The notes: a model not told the origin generated them from the letters alone. DNA of 64,000 bases from Thermoproteota archaeon (GCA_026986575.1 JALSOH010000011.1:1-64000), one strand, 5' to 3'. Shown: positions 32,713-42,811, counted from the stretch's first letter. Program-made: numbers and translations.

Positions 32713-32783
32713 ATTTAGATTATGCTTTCATAATTAAATTTTATGTATTGAATTATTAAGGTAGTTGAGATAGGGGTGAATTT

Positions 32784-34019
32784 ATGATAGAGAGCGAGAG
32801 ATCTCTGACCGCTTTTGAGCGGACAAGTAGTACCGTCTTAATAAAGAAAGTAGTGTTTGTAATTACTTACTTGTGTAACATGAGGTGTACATATTGTTAT
32901 TATGGGAATGAAAATCTAAATATATTATCAAATAAGGCGATATTAGGAAAAACAGTTATGAGCTGTGAAGTAGTTGAAAAAAGTTTACACCTCTTCGAGA
33001 ACATGGGACTGCTCGCTAGGGATGTGCTGTATTTCCATATCTTCGGTGGAGAGCCCTCCATGTTCCCCGAAATAATCTACTGCATACACAAGAAAGTCAA
33101 TCAATTAACAAAATCTAGGAAAATTGCTCTTTCTATTTCTACAAACGGGTATTATTTCAGTAAAAAATTCCTAGAGGTTCTGGGTAAAATAGAGAATGTG
33201 GAAGTAACTGTGAGCATAGATGGACCTCAGGTGGTACACGACAACCAAAGAAAGGATATTCTTGGCAATCCTACCTTTGACAGAATCGTTAGTAATGTAA
33301 AAAAACTAGTCAAAATGAGGGTTAATAATAAAATTAGAAGGATAGTGGCTGAAGTAACAGTAACCAAGCATACCCTCGAGTCCGGCCTCCTTCGTACCGT
33401 AGAATTCCTCAGAAATCTCGGCTTCGATGACGTGGTACTCCATGTTGTTGAAGGAGTTAATGAATTGAAACCAGATGTCTCGATGTACTTTAGGAACAAG
33501 ATAGAACTACTGAAAGTTGAGCTGGAGAGGTTACTTTCAAGTGAACCGCCACTCTATTCAGGGACGGTGTCTCTCATCAGAGCGGTCCTCAATCCCAGCA
33601 TCAGACAGTGCGACGCTGGGAGGAGCTTAGTGGCTGTTACACCCGAGGGTGATATATACCCTTGTCAAGGCTTCGTCGGACTAGAGGAGTTCAGGATAGG
33701 TAACCTGGAAGATTTGAATAGTCGCGAAGAGTTCTTGAGAAATGTCCAGAGAGTTTTGAGGAGGATGGGTAACAAACTCATGGATCCTCGGTGCGCCGGC
33801 TGCGCTTTCGTGAGAGAATGCCCAAAGATATGCTTGGCATCAAACGTTTTAGATGGGAGGGATCCCTACCAGTTTAGCGATGAGTATTGCGATGTGATAC
33901 GAAAAGAGGTAGAAATAATTCATGGATTTTTAAAGAGACTTTCTAATAATGTTGGGGAACGGAGGAAGGTCGTGGAAGGCATGAGGAGGTGGGCCTCTGG
34001 TGGTGGCAGTAGTCTGTAG
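32784..34019 (+). CDS. Radical SAM/SPASM-domain peptide maturase
   Basis: CNMRCTYC (CxxxCxxC); FGGEP, STNG, VSIDGP; SPASM CDAG…GDIYPC…CAGC…C…C…YC. Confidence 0.92.
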   Translation: MIESERSLTAFERTSSTVLIKKVVFVITYLCNMRCTYCYYGNENLNILSNKAILGKTVMSCEVVEKSLHLFENMGLLARDVLYFHIFGGEPSMFPEIIYCIHKKVNQLTKSRKIALSISTNGYYFSKKFLEVLGKIENVEVTVSIDGPQVVHDNQRKDILGNPTFDRIVSNVKKLVKMRVNNKIRRIVAEVTVTKHTLESGLLRTVEFLRNLGFDDVVLHVVEGVNELKPDVSMYFRNKIELLKVELERLLSSEPPLYSGTVSLIRAVLNPSIRQCDAGRSLVAVTPEGDIYPCQGFVGLEEFRIGNLEDLNSREEFLRNVQRVLRRMGNKLMDPRCAGCAFVRECPKICLASNVLDGRDPYQFSDEYCDVIRKEVEIIHGFLKRLSNNVGERRKVVEGMRRWASGGGSSL

Positions 34020-34911
34020 AAATTTAACCAAGATCTACAGTAATGGAGTTGTGGCGAACGATTCAATCAATCTAACAGTAAGAAAGGGGATAATCTTCAC
34101 TATTCTAGGACCGAACGGAGCTGGTAAAACAACCTTACTCCGCCAGATCTACACCGAACTCCTACCGACGAGCGGAGAGATCGAGGTCTTCTCGATAAAT
34201 GTCGTTGAGAATCCTATGGAAGTGAGGAAGCTCATAGGGGTCGTGCCTCAGGCTGGTCTCCCCATACCAGAGCTCAGGGTAGAAGAGCACATTAGGTACT
34301 TCTCCCAACTCAGAGGGGTGGAGGATGTAAATTCGGCGGTCTCTTACGCCCTAGAGACTATGGATCTAGAAGATTACAGGGACAGACTGGTTATGGAGCT
34401 CTCCGGAGGATTAAAGCAAAGAGTGCTAGTGGCCACTGCCATAGCCACGAAGCCCAAACTACTGATACTCGATGAACCCACTGTAGGCATGGATCCAATC
34501 ACCAGAAGGAGGTTTTGGAGGAAGATGGAGGAGCTTAGGGGGGAAGGAAGAACGATCCTGCTCACTACCCATTACGTGGATGAGGCAGAGACCGTGTCTG
34601 ATGAAGTAGCTATTCTCAATAAAGGAAAGATAGTCCACAAAGGCAGACCGGCGGATTTCAAGTCGCTCCTGAAGCTCAAAGCTTATGTCATCGTGAAGGG
34701 GAGGAACATAGATCCTTCCATCTTCGTGAATTACGGGAAGATCGTTTACTTCGATGACTACACTCTCAAGCTCGGACTGGAGGAGATAGACTTCGACCTC
34801 CTTAAGGAAATCAGGGATTCCATTCTCAAAAGAGGATTCGTCTTCACGTTCAAGGAGGCTTCACTCGAAGATGCTTATGTCCAGCTGGTGGGAGGTGACC
34901 TGATTGGTTAA
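34000..34911 (+). CDS. ABC-2 exporter ATP-binding subunit
   Basis: GPNGAGKT, LSGG, LILDEPT, TTH. Confidence 0.95.
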   Translation: MVAVVCRNLTKIYSNGVVANDSINLTVRKGIIFTILGPNGAGKTTLLRQIYTELLPTSGEIEVFSINVVENPMEVRKLIGVVPQAGLPIPELRVEEHIRYFSQLRGVEDVNSAVSYALETMDLEDYRDRLVMELSGGLKQRVLVATAIATKPKLLILDEPTVGMDPITRRRFWRKMEELRGEGRTILLTTHYVDEAETVSDEVAILNKGKIVHKGRPADFKSLLKLKAYVIVKGRNIDPSIFVNYGKIVYFDDYTLKLGLEEIDFDLLKEIRDSILKRGFVFTFKEASLEDAYVQLVGGDLIG

Positions 34912-35641
34912 GCTCCTCAGGGACACCTTAGTGATTGTAAAGATAAGGTCAAGCTGGATAAGAAATCAGCCCACCCTCTACTTGGGAACTTCATTTTTCA
35001 TACCGATCGTCCTGTCGCTTCTGTTCTGGATGATGGGCATGGAGATGACTGAGAGAATACTCTTGGGATCCATGGTCTACTCGCTAGTGTATCCCGCTGT
35101 AGCAACTGTTGGCAAAAGTGTTGCTTATGATAAGATAAAGGGTTCCTTCACCCTCTTTTCTACCTCTCCCATCTCCCCCTATGCCTATATATTGGGTACC
35201 GCCCTGTCAACTTTGCCCTCAAGCCTCATACCTTTCCTCATGTTCATGCTTGCATCGACCCTGATCTTCGGACTGAATCTAACGGTGATATCTTTTATAC
35301 TCTCTTTAATGATCCTAGTTTTTGGTGCCCTCTCTCTCAGCTTCCTAGGGTTCTCATTGGGCTTTAGGCTAAGAGATCCCAGGAGCTCAGATGTCATAGT
35401 AGATATGATCTGGGCCTTGATGATATTCCTCTCTCCGGTCTATATACCTTGGTCACGGATACCTGAAATTGTAAGACCTGTCTCCCTCGCGATGCCGACC
35501 ACTTACTTGGCGGAATTACTAAATTTGGTGCTATGGGGTAGAACATTCCTCAGCACTTCAGTCCTAGTTGGAGCCAACGTGGCGTTTTTCTCATTCTTCG
35601 CAATGATCGCCCTCCGTTATGGTAAGATGAGGGAGAGCTGA
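34904..35641 (+). CDS. ABC-2 exporter permease
   Basis: About six TMs; FLSPVYIP…MPTTY; GGAGGTGA SD. Confidence 0.9.
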   Translation: MVKLLRDTLVIVKIRSSWIRNQPTLYLGTSFFIPIVLSLLFWMMGMEMTERILLGSMVYSLVYPAVATVGKSVAYDKIKGSFTLFSTSPISPYAYILGTALSTLPSSLIPFLMFMLASTLIFGLNLTVISFILSLMILVFGALSLSFLGFSLGFRLRDPRSSDVIVDMIWALMIFLSPVYIPWSRIPEIVRPVSLAMPTTYLAELLNLVLWGRTFLSTSVLVGANVAFFSFFAMIALRYGKMRES

Positions 35642-35643
35642 CT

Positions 35644-36663
35644 ATGATTCGGATTCACGGTACTAAAAGATACGCCAAAGAAACTAGGCGGATTCTAGGG
35701 AGAAGACTAGAGAGAGTAATAGGGAGGTTCACTGGAATAAGTGAGATCCTCATACCTCCGAGTATCGGTAAGATTGGGAGGAGCAGCCTCTTCTCAAGGT
35801 TATCACCATTACTATCGCGCTCAAACTTAAAATCCCGAGCGTTGAACACATCTAGGCTTTTTTACTGTATAGGTGAAGCTTTCTCCAAGTTACTTGGCAT
35901 GGATGAATCTCTGGTTAGGTTAAGTGGTGAAATCTCCGCTAGCTTAGCAGCTAAGAATCTGCTAGTGGACTGGATTGCGGATGAATCAGGTAAGAGTGAG
36001 GTTTTAGACATATTGGTAGAGGGCATGGAGTGGGAGGAGAGCCTGAGGATCATCTCAAACGATATGCTAGGGAACATATTAGGGACTATAATAACTATTA
36101 GGAGGTTAATTAAATCAAGAAATGAATTTTACGCTCGAATATTTACAAACAAAGCTATTAAATCTATCAAATATTTCAAAATATCTAGCAGGTGCTCCCC
36201 CTCAAGTGAGCACCTCTCGCCTGAATGGATATTAGACAAAGCCCGGCTTCCCATTGAAGAGATATTTGCGGCGATAGCTGGTCTATCCGCGGATCTGGGA
36301 TACAGAAACTACTTATCGATAAATGATAAGTTAAGGTATGGTTTCTCTATCTTCGCCGTCATAGATGATTTGGCCGATCTCCCTAAAGACATCCTTAGAG
36401 GTCAATGTAACTATGTCATCTATTACCTCTATGATAACGGTGTATTGAGGTTTTACAAAGGAAGAGGAAGAGGTCCTAGCGATGAGGAACTGGAGATCGC
36501 CTTCAATAAGGAGTTCGTTGAAATAATTTCCTGGCTATTGGATTACTATCTAGATATTTACACCGATATGGTCCGTAAACTATTCGAATTTGATAGATCG
36601 ATCAGAAACTACTTCAACTATATACTCTATTTGGAGATGATTAACTCCTTGGGGAAGCTATGA
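35644..36663 (+). CDS. Class I isoprenoid-synthase-fold protein (possible peptide prenyltransferase, ComQ-like)
   Basis: Degenerate first Asp motif LVDWIADE and second motif AVIDDLADLPKDILRGQCNY; helical-looking sequence. Confidence 0.55.
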   Translation: MIRIHGTKRYAKETRRILGRRLERVIGRFTGISEILIPPSIGKIGRSSLFSRLSPLLSRSNLKSRALNTSRLFYCIGEAFSKLLGMDESLVRLSGEISASLAAKNLLVDWIADESGKSEVLDILVEGMEWEESLRIISNDMLGNILGTIITIRRLIKSRNEFYARIFTNKAIKSIKYFKISSRCSPSSEHLSPEWILDKARLPIEEIFAAIAGLSADLGYRNYLSINDKLRYGFSIFAVIDDLADLPKDILRGQCNYVIYYLYDNGVLRFYKGRGRGPSDEELEIAFNKEFVEIISWLLDYYLDIYTDMVRKLFEFDRSIRNYFNYILYLEMINSLGKL

Positions 36664-36684
36664 TACTGGTTTCTCAGAAATCCG

Positions 36685-36815
36685 ATGAGTGATGACAGGA
36701 GGAAGAGGATGCTAGAGGACCTGAGGAAGCTGAGGAGGGAGGAGGAGAGGATGAAGAGGTTGGAGGGAAGATAGGTGAACGGAAGGAGTTACGCGGTTGA
36801 TGCGAGCGTTCTCTG
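36685..36815 (+). pseudogene. Truncated vapBC-like remnant at the island's right border
   Basis: MSDDRRKRMLEDLRKLRREEERMKRLEG followed by YAVDASVL (PIN start), then breaks off. Confidence 0.45.
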
Positions 36816-36943
36816 TGCACGACTCCTCTAGCTAAATTCCCCACAATCTCCCTCTCTCTATTGTCGTCGAGGGCTATGCTCTCCTCTTTATCGACTCAAT
36901 CGATTGGAAGACTCACATATCGCGCAATGCAGATCCAGCCCCA

Positions 36944-38806
36944 ATGTTTTTTATGATGCTCTCAGAAGGAAATGGTAAAGTAGGGCTGTTGATTTGGATG
37001 TTTTATAAATCTCTCCTTCTGGCTTTCATAGTTCTCGCCATGTTTATTCAGCCCCTCGCCATTAAGGCGGACCCTCAGAACTCGACCTTTACAGGCCCAC
37101 CCCCACTGCCTGAAAACCCTGGCACATTGACGGGCGTACCTCCAGACAAGTGTAGTTCCCAGAACCTTGATAACATCTACGACTCATATCAGAAGGCTGA
37201 AGAGATGTCCTCACAGTACCCCTGTTACAAGTACTTGGCGGAGCACTATCACTACAAGTATCTCCGGCTCAAGTGCCTGTGCCAAGGGGGTTGCGATAAG
37301 GAGGCCGTAGCCTCATACTACCAAAAGGAAAACGCTTATTATGAGAAGTTTCACACGCTCTTCGAAAATGGCAAGTGCGGACAGATTACGGCTCCGCCCA
37401 CAGACGTAGTAACCACAACAGAGGGGGCTTCCACTCCTGGAAATAACTCCGATCCTCAGCTCATCTCAACTTGGGTTTTCCCTAGGGAGGGAACGGGAAA
37501 CCAGGTCTATAATTATTCTGTAAGCCTCACCGACCCAGATAATGATCCTGTGATGGTTCAGCTCTGCATACACGTCCTAGACGCTGGATGGCAGTGCTTC
37601 GACGCCCTTCAGGTAATGGGAGAGGGAACTGCCAGCTGGAACATGACATTCGTGAACGCCACTCCTGGGACTTATGAGTACAGGATTTACTATGACGATG
37701 GGAATAACAGGGGGGCTTGGGGTCCCTACGGTGGGCCTGTAGTGAAGGCCAGTTTGGTAAACCCAAATGGGAGTAAGTTTGGAGCAGATGAAAGTAATCC
37801 TGCTACAGAGGGAAATGAATCCAGTACGAATAACTCCGATGATGTCACTGGAGCGGTTATAGTCGGGGTATCCGCGGCAGCAGGTGTTGCAATTGCCAAG
37901 AAGGCTAAGGGAAGGAGGAAAAACAAGGAGGAGAGGGGAGATGAGAAATCCTCCCTTGACCAGTTCACGCAATCCGTGGAGGATGCCAACAAGTGGGCCG
38001 GAAAGACGAAGCCCGTGACGGACGTAGTGAGCCAGGCTGGCGCCTATTCCTCAGAGAAGGGGCTGGATAAGGGAATTAGAATGGGTGCAGATAGTTGGAA
38101 GAACGCTGAGAGGAAGAGAATAGTGAAAAAGTTCAGGGAATTCAGGAATGGAAAGAGCGTGAGGCAAAGCGTGTTAAGGGGAGGGGGTAAGGACGGAGGA
38201 GGTTTCTGGGACCCAAAGAAGTATAAGAAGCTCAAGAGACTAGGTAGAAGGGCAGTTAACCTTCCCAAGAAATACAAGACTATTAAGAACTTAGCTAATA
38301 AGGTCAGAAGTGCCTCAAAATTCGCCTCGAAGTACATCGGGGCGGCCTCCATAGGCCTTTCCACATATGACGGGGTGAAGAGCTACAACAAATACATCGA
38401 TGAGAATAAGGACTTCGTGAAGGACCATCCGATCATGGGAAGGGCCCTAGGAGCCATGAAGGCCTTTGGCGAACAGGTCATAATATACACCGTGACCAAG
38501 AACCCGGTCATAGGTCTCCCAGATGCCGTGATAGGGTACGCGACCAACGGCAGGGTGTCCGTGGCCAGGGCGATTCAGGATACGGAGGACTTCGTTAGCA
38601 AGGGGATAAGATCCATGGCAGATGCCTACTACGGCAACCAGTACTCGGACTGGAGCGAGGGATATGCCAATCACTCCTCGATAAAGAAGCACCTTTCCAT
38701 GCTGAACGATCCCGACTATGTAAGAAAGCTGAAGGCTAGGGGTTGGACCGACGAGAGGATAGCGAGGGTGAGGAAGAGCATGGAGGAGGCCCTAGGGATG
38801 AGGTGA
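36944..38806 (+). CDS. Large exported/membrane protein: Cys-rich N-domain, Ig-like domain, TM, basic helical C-terminal region
   Basis: Signal peptide; six Cys; DPDNDP Ig-like motif; hydrophobic GAVIVGVSAAAGVAIA then a K-rich region. Confidence 0.7.
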   Translation: MFFMMLSEGNGKVGLLIWMFYKSLLLAFIVLAMFIQPLAIKADPQNSTFTGPPPLPENPGTLTGVPPDKCSSQNLDNIYDSYQKAEEMSSQYPCYKYLAEHYHYKYLRLKCLCQGGCDKEAVASYYQKENAYYEKFHTLFENGKCGQITAPPTDVVTTTEGASTPGNNSDPQLISTWVFPREGTGNQVYNYSVSLTDPDNDPVMVQLCIHVLDAGWQCFDALQVMGEGTASWNMTFVNATPGTYEYRIYYDDGNNRGAWGPYGGPVVKASLVNPNGSKFGADESNPATEGNESSTNNSDDVTGAVIVGVSAAAGVAIAKKAKGRRKNKEERGDEKSSLDQFTQSVEDANKWAGKTKPVTDVVSQAGAYSSEKGLDKGIRMGADSWKNAERKRIVKKFREFRNGKSVRQSVLRGGGKDGGGFWDPKKYKKLKRLGRRAVNLPKKYKTIKNLANKVRSASKFASKYIGAASIGLSTYDGVKSYNKYIDENKDFVKDHPIMGRALGAMKAFGEQVIIYTVTKNPVIGLPDAVIGYATNGRVSVARAIQDTEDFVSKGIRSMADAYYGNQYSDWSEGYANHSSIKKHLSMLNDPDYVRKLKARGWTDERIARVRKSMEEALGMR

Positions 38807-38810
38807 TCCG

Positions 38811-39740
38811 ATGAGACTCACGAATGAAGAGTTGGCGGCTGCCTTCGCCGCTTTGAATGAGAGCCCTTGGCTCCTCCTCTCCGTGTGGGGGTCCTTCCGG
38901 AGGGCGAGGGAGGGGGTCGAGGGCCTCTCCAGCAGAGGGCTGATCAGTGAAGGAAGGCTCGAGGAGGTTGCAAGCCTCATAAGGACCTTATCAAAACCGA
39001 AGCTGATGGCTGATGTCTTCACCGTAGACTTCGAGGGTGGAACCATGAGCAGGGAGTCCTATGTAGCAGGAGAGGGGACTTTCCTTCTCAGGATAGGGAA
39101 CGAGTTCATCTGGGCTGAAAGATCGGAGCTCAACCTCCTTGACCGCCCCACCTCCGTCATGAGGCCAATCCTCTTGGATGGAAGGGAGCTAATGGTCCTC
39201 TTCCTCATACTTACCATGGACATATACAGCTACGATGTTCCCGGTCTGGCGCCATTCACCGCAGACGATGTGCAGAAAAGGGTTGAGGTGGGATCTCACA
39301 TCCCCCTGAACGCCCAGATAATCCTGATAGGTGGTAAGAGAGCCCCGAAACTCAAGGTGAAGGACGTGAAAAAGGTGCTCAGATCCCTCGTCGAGAAGGG
39401 AGTGCTCATATCCCACGGGAATTCCCTCTCCATATCTGAGGAGTTCCTCCCGGCGGCCCTTGCCCTAGGCTCCCCCGACAGGATCAGGATAATATCGATC
39501 ACAGCGGACCCCGAGTCAGATGACCCCGACCTGAGGACGATCGCCATATACGAGCTGGGAAGCTCCTCGGTGGCCATGGACATCTTGGACGGGGGGAAGG
39601 GAATCGTGGTGATAGGAGGCCCCCTAAGCGATATCCCTGGCTATGCAGGGGAGGTTCACGGGAAGATCTGCCCGAATTGCGGTCATGTGAACAGGGGAGA
39701 TGCCAAATTCTGCATAAAATGCGGAACGAGACTGGCGTGA
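38811..39740 (+). CDS. Hypothetical protein with C-terminal double zinc ribbon
   Basis: CPNCG…AKFCIKCG; GAGGTGA SD; 4 nt after the previous gene. Confidence 0.75.
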   Translation: MRLTNEELAAAFAALNESPWLLLSVWGSFRRAREGVEGLSSRGLISEGRLEEVASLIRTLSKPKLMADVFTVDFEGGTMSRESYVAGEGTFLLRIGNEFIWAERSELNLLDRPTSVMRPILLDGRELMVLFLILTMDIYSYDVPGLAPFTADDVQKRVEVGSHIPLNAQIILIGGKRAPKLKVKDVKKVLRSLVEKGVLISHGNSLSISEEFLPAALALGSPDRIRIISITADPESDDPDLRTIAIYELGSSSVAMDILDGGKGIVVIGGPLSDIPGYAGEVHGKICPNCGHVNRGDAKFCIKCGTRLA

Positions 39741-39969
39741 ATGGATCTAGAAGGGGAAACTGCCTAATAATGAACTCCAATATGGCTTTCCCATCGCCTA
39801 TGAGGGGAAAGCAACATGGGAAGAGCAGGATCTTGAGAAATGCTGTAGGGACGGGAGTGGCTGGCTTACGAACGAGTGGAGATTAGCGGGCTGAGAGATG
39901 TAAAGCAGTCGATCTTGAAAGATCTCTTGGATAGTCAATAGGGGCCTTGGGTTAATCCATAATGGCCAA

Positions 39970-40320
39970 GGGATATATGCGCGATTCAGAGTCCTGGGGT
40001 CTTCGAGGAAGGAGGGAATGTCTTCCTTAAGCCTCCGGCAGTCTATAGGAACCTCGAGAAGGGCTCCAAGCTCCTGTTCCATGCTTCCGGTAACATAAGA
40101 AAGAGAGTGGGGGAAGGGACTGCCGAGAAAGTCGAGTTGCTGGAGCAGGAGGAGGCGGTAAGGAAGTACGGGGATAATCTGTTTCTGGATCTGGGTGAGG
40201 TAAGTGAGTACCTGAGGGGAAAGAAGAGGGCCTCCGAGGTACTGGTGATAGTGCTAAGAGATGAAGTGAACGGCTCGCTTCCATGGCACCCGCACGATAC
40301 GGTCATTATAAGATGCTCCC
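39970..40320 (+). pseudogene. DUF365/PUA-like remnant
   Basis: KGSKLLFHASG…VGEG…KYGDNLFLD…EYLRG…VLVIVL; N-terminus broken. Confidence 0.5.
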
Positions 40321-40323
40321 GAG

Positions 40324-40758
40324 TTAGGCCTTCCATCCATCATAATCCCTCAGGTGAAGCACCCTCACCGTGGTCTTGGCTTTCTCCTCCAACCTATCGT
40401 CGGCAGTGAGCAGTACAGCTCCTTCAGAACCTGCCATTACCACGTAAGCCGAATCGTAGTAGGTTGAATCGTTCCTCGATCCCCACCTCAGCGCCTCAAG
40501 CTCCTCCCCCACCTCGAGCTCCCTCCACAATCCCAGCTTGAGGAACTCCGCAAAGGACTCCAGAGCTTCCTTCTCGCTCACCAAACCCCTCCTTACAGCC
40601 TTCCAGAGCGTATTCCCCACTTCATAGACTACCAAGCTGGGAGCCAAGAGCTCTACCTTCCCCGACAGGAAGTCCTCCAGTACCTTGGCGGCCTTATCCG
40701 ACAGCTCCTCGTTGAGGATGAAGCGCGCCGCGACGGAAGCGTCCACCACGTACCTCAA
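40324..40758 (-). CDS. vapC: VapC/PIN toxin
   Basis: YVVDASVA…YYDSAY…LLTADD. Confidence 0.92.
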   Translation of the reverse strand: MRYVVDASVAARFILNEELSDKAAKVLEDFLSGKVELLAPSLVVYEVGNTLWKAVRRGLVSEKEALESFAEFLKLGLWRELEVGEELEALRWGSRNDSTYYDSAYVVMAGSEGAVLLTADDRLEEKAKTTVRVLHLRDYDGWKA

Positions 40759-40973
40759 CGCTCCCTTCCCTCCCTTATCGCCTCGTTCACGAACCCAGAT
40801 GGTACCCTCCTCTTCCCCTCTTTCAGATCGTTTAGCAGCTTTTCAGCTGCCTTCTTCCTCTCCTCAAGCTCTATTCTCCTCCTTATGGCCTCTCTAATGT
40901 ATTCAGACCAGTTTATCTTGATTTCCTTCATCTTCCTCCTCAGCTCGTCGTCCACCCTTATCGTGATGCTCAT
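40755..40973 (-). CDS. vapB: VapB antitoxin
   Basis: ITIRVDDELRRKM…INWSEYIR. Confidence 0.9.
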   Translation of the reverse strand: MSITIRVDDELRRKMKEIKINWSEYIREAIRRRIELEERKKAAEKLLNDLKEGKRRVPSGFVNEAIREGRER

Positions 40974-41741
40974 ACTCCTCGTACTTACTCTTTGTATGGA
41001 TTGTTATAAACACGAGGTGATAGTACACCATCACGAGAAGTTTCAGTTGGGCTCTCAATCGCGCGTGCGGCGCGAACGTGGATAACTTAGATGATACCTC
41101 CGTCAGGATAAGGCTTGAACTCATAAATGGCTAATCTAAACTCTAACAGACCACAGCTATCCTCACTATCTCAAACTCCAAAATCGCTCGATGAATGGCC
41201 GCTTGACTAGGACATGAAGGTGCGATTAAGAGCAGTCTATGACGCACAACAATCCCTTATGAGTCTCAAGGGCCACCTTCCTCAGACCATAGGGTTGTCA
41301 CGGACCCCTGGGTCTCCGAGATCGGGGATGAGGCTCTCTCCTCACGACTTGAACTCCCAGCTATTCACATGATTCAGGGCAAGTTGAATGGACGCTTCCT
41401 CTGCAAGACAGCCCTCACCGATCCATATCCATACCCACAGTCTTCAGGACTATCCTCAGGGAGTCCGAGGGGAGGAACTCCCCCGAGCCAACTTGGATCC
41501 CGCGCTTCGCTCAGGACTATGGCATCAACGCATCCATGACTAGATCTGACTTGCGCGATTTGAGGGGGCGCCTATGAAGTCGGAGAAAGCCCCTCCCCAA
41601 AAGATGTAGGAAGCATCCATTGCTTCTAAGCGGTAGGAAGGTTAGCATCCTCACCTCTCCTAATACCTTCCAAATCTTAGAGAGGGACGTCGGTTTGAAG
41701 ATCTGGTGAAGACTTTATTATCCCATGCTGACGAGTGAGAA

Positions 41742-41966
41742 TTGATGGAAGAATTGAGAGTATCATACGATAGGGTGGCTGACGCTCTATACATAAGGCT
41801 GAGGGAAGGTAAGGTTTCGGATTCCATCGAGTTGAATGAGGGAATAGTCGTGGATCTGGATGAGAGAGGCGAGATAGTCGGATTGGAGATAATCAACTTC
41901 TCTAGGTCAGGAGTGGACCTAGATAAGATAATCAGAGAAGGAGTGGAGAGTGTGGTGAAAATTTGA
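41742..41966 (+). CDS. DUF2283 family protein (putative antitoxin)
   Basis: YDRVADALYIRL…VVDLDERGEIVGLEI. Confidence 0.88.
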   Translation: MMEELRVSYDRVADALYIRLREGKVSDSIELNEGIVVDLDERGEIVGLEIINFSRSGVDLDKIIREGVESVVKI

Positions 41967-42289
41967 GGGAAAGGATAAGATATACGCTTCACGCCTTGGA
42001 GAGGATGGCTCAAAGGGGAATAAGCAGGGAAGAAGTAGAGAAGTGCATAAGATCTCCTGATGGCTTAATCAGGGGGGAAGTAGTTAGAGCATTAAAGGAT
42101 ATGGGAGTTAAGGTACTCGTGGTTGTTTATAGAGTGGAAGATGAGCGCATCTTAGTAATAACAGCATTCAAATCCTCGAAGAGGGAAAGTACTAGGCGGA
42201 TTCTACCAGATGATTACCAAATCCACAGGCACTGGAATTTCCCTAGAAATGACTTCGTGAAGGATTCGCGCAGTACTGTTCGCATCTGA
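41963..42289 (+). CDS. DUF4258 family (RelE-like/BrnT-like) putative toxin; C-terminus possibly frameshift-extended
   Basis: YTLHALERMAQRGIS…LVVVY…LVITAF. Confidence 0.82.
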   Translation: MRERIRYTLHALERMAQRGISREEVEKCIRSPDGLIRGEVVRALKDMGVKVLVVVYRVEDERILVITAFKSSKRESTRRILPDDYQIHRHWNFPRNDFVKDSRSTVRI

Positions 42290-42811
42290 GGGTAAATAGA
42301 GGAGACAGGGGAGAATATGAGAGGGAAGATGGAAATCGCGCTCGCGCGCATCAACGAGATCCTCAAGTAAGGAAACGAGTCTCCTGTTGCGTGCCCTCTC
42401 TACGCGAATGAAGCCGCTTTCACAATCTTCTCGCTTCCGGGTTTGCCCTTTATGCTAATTTCATTTCATACAGCTTCCGGAACTAGAACTTCGCGAAATA
42501 TTCTCTCGAGGAGATCCAATCGTCATGCCCTAGCGAGGGCTATGATCACGCTGGAATTCGAGATCACGATCAGCCCATCGTTAGCGCTCCTAGACCCTCC
42601 TTCCTGCGAGCCTCTTGGCAACCTTCAGGTCCTCCCGGAGGATCTCCGGGACTTCAATCACGATGCGCCTAACATTATCGGCCCCCGTCATTCGAACCTC
42701 CACTTAGGGCCCAAGTAATGCGATATTAACTCTATGTGGGAATTTTCTGTCTGCTCAATCGTAAATCATCCGATGATTTGGACGCTTAACGACGCATGAC
42801 GGTCTGAAGGT

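Larger units (their letters stand above)
31200..36670 (+). other. AT-rich horizontally acquired island carrying a putative RiPP biosynthetic cluster
   Basis: Visibly AT-richer than the flanks (e.g. 31260-31360, 32200-32520, 32840-33350); all genes on the + strand and, unlike many neighbours, apparently intact. Confidence 0.75.

Noticed and set aside
32784-34019. Anaerobic sulfatase maturase or PqqE/MftC assignment for the radical SAM
   Set aside because: No sulfatase (CxPxR), pqq or mft genes nearby; the adjacent peptide/exporter context fits a RiPP maturase better.
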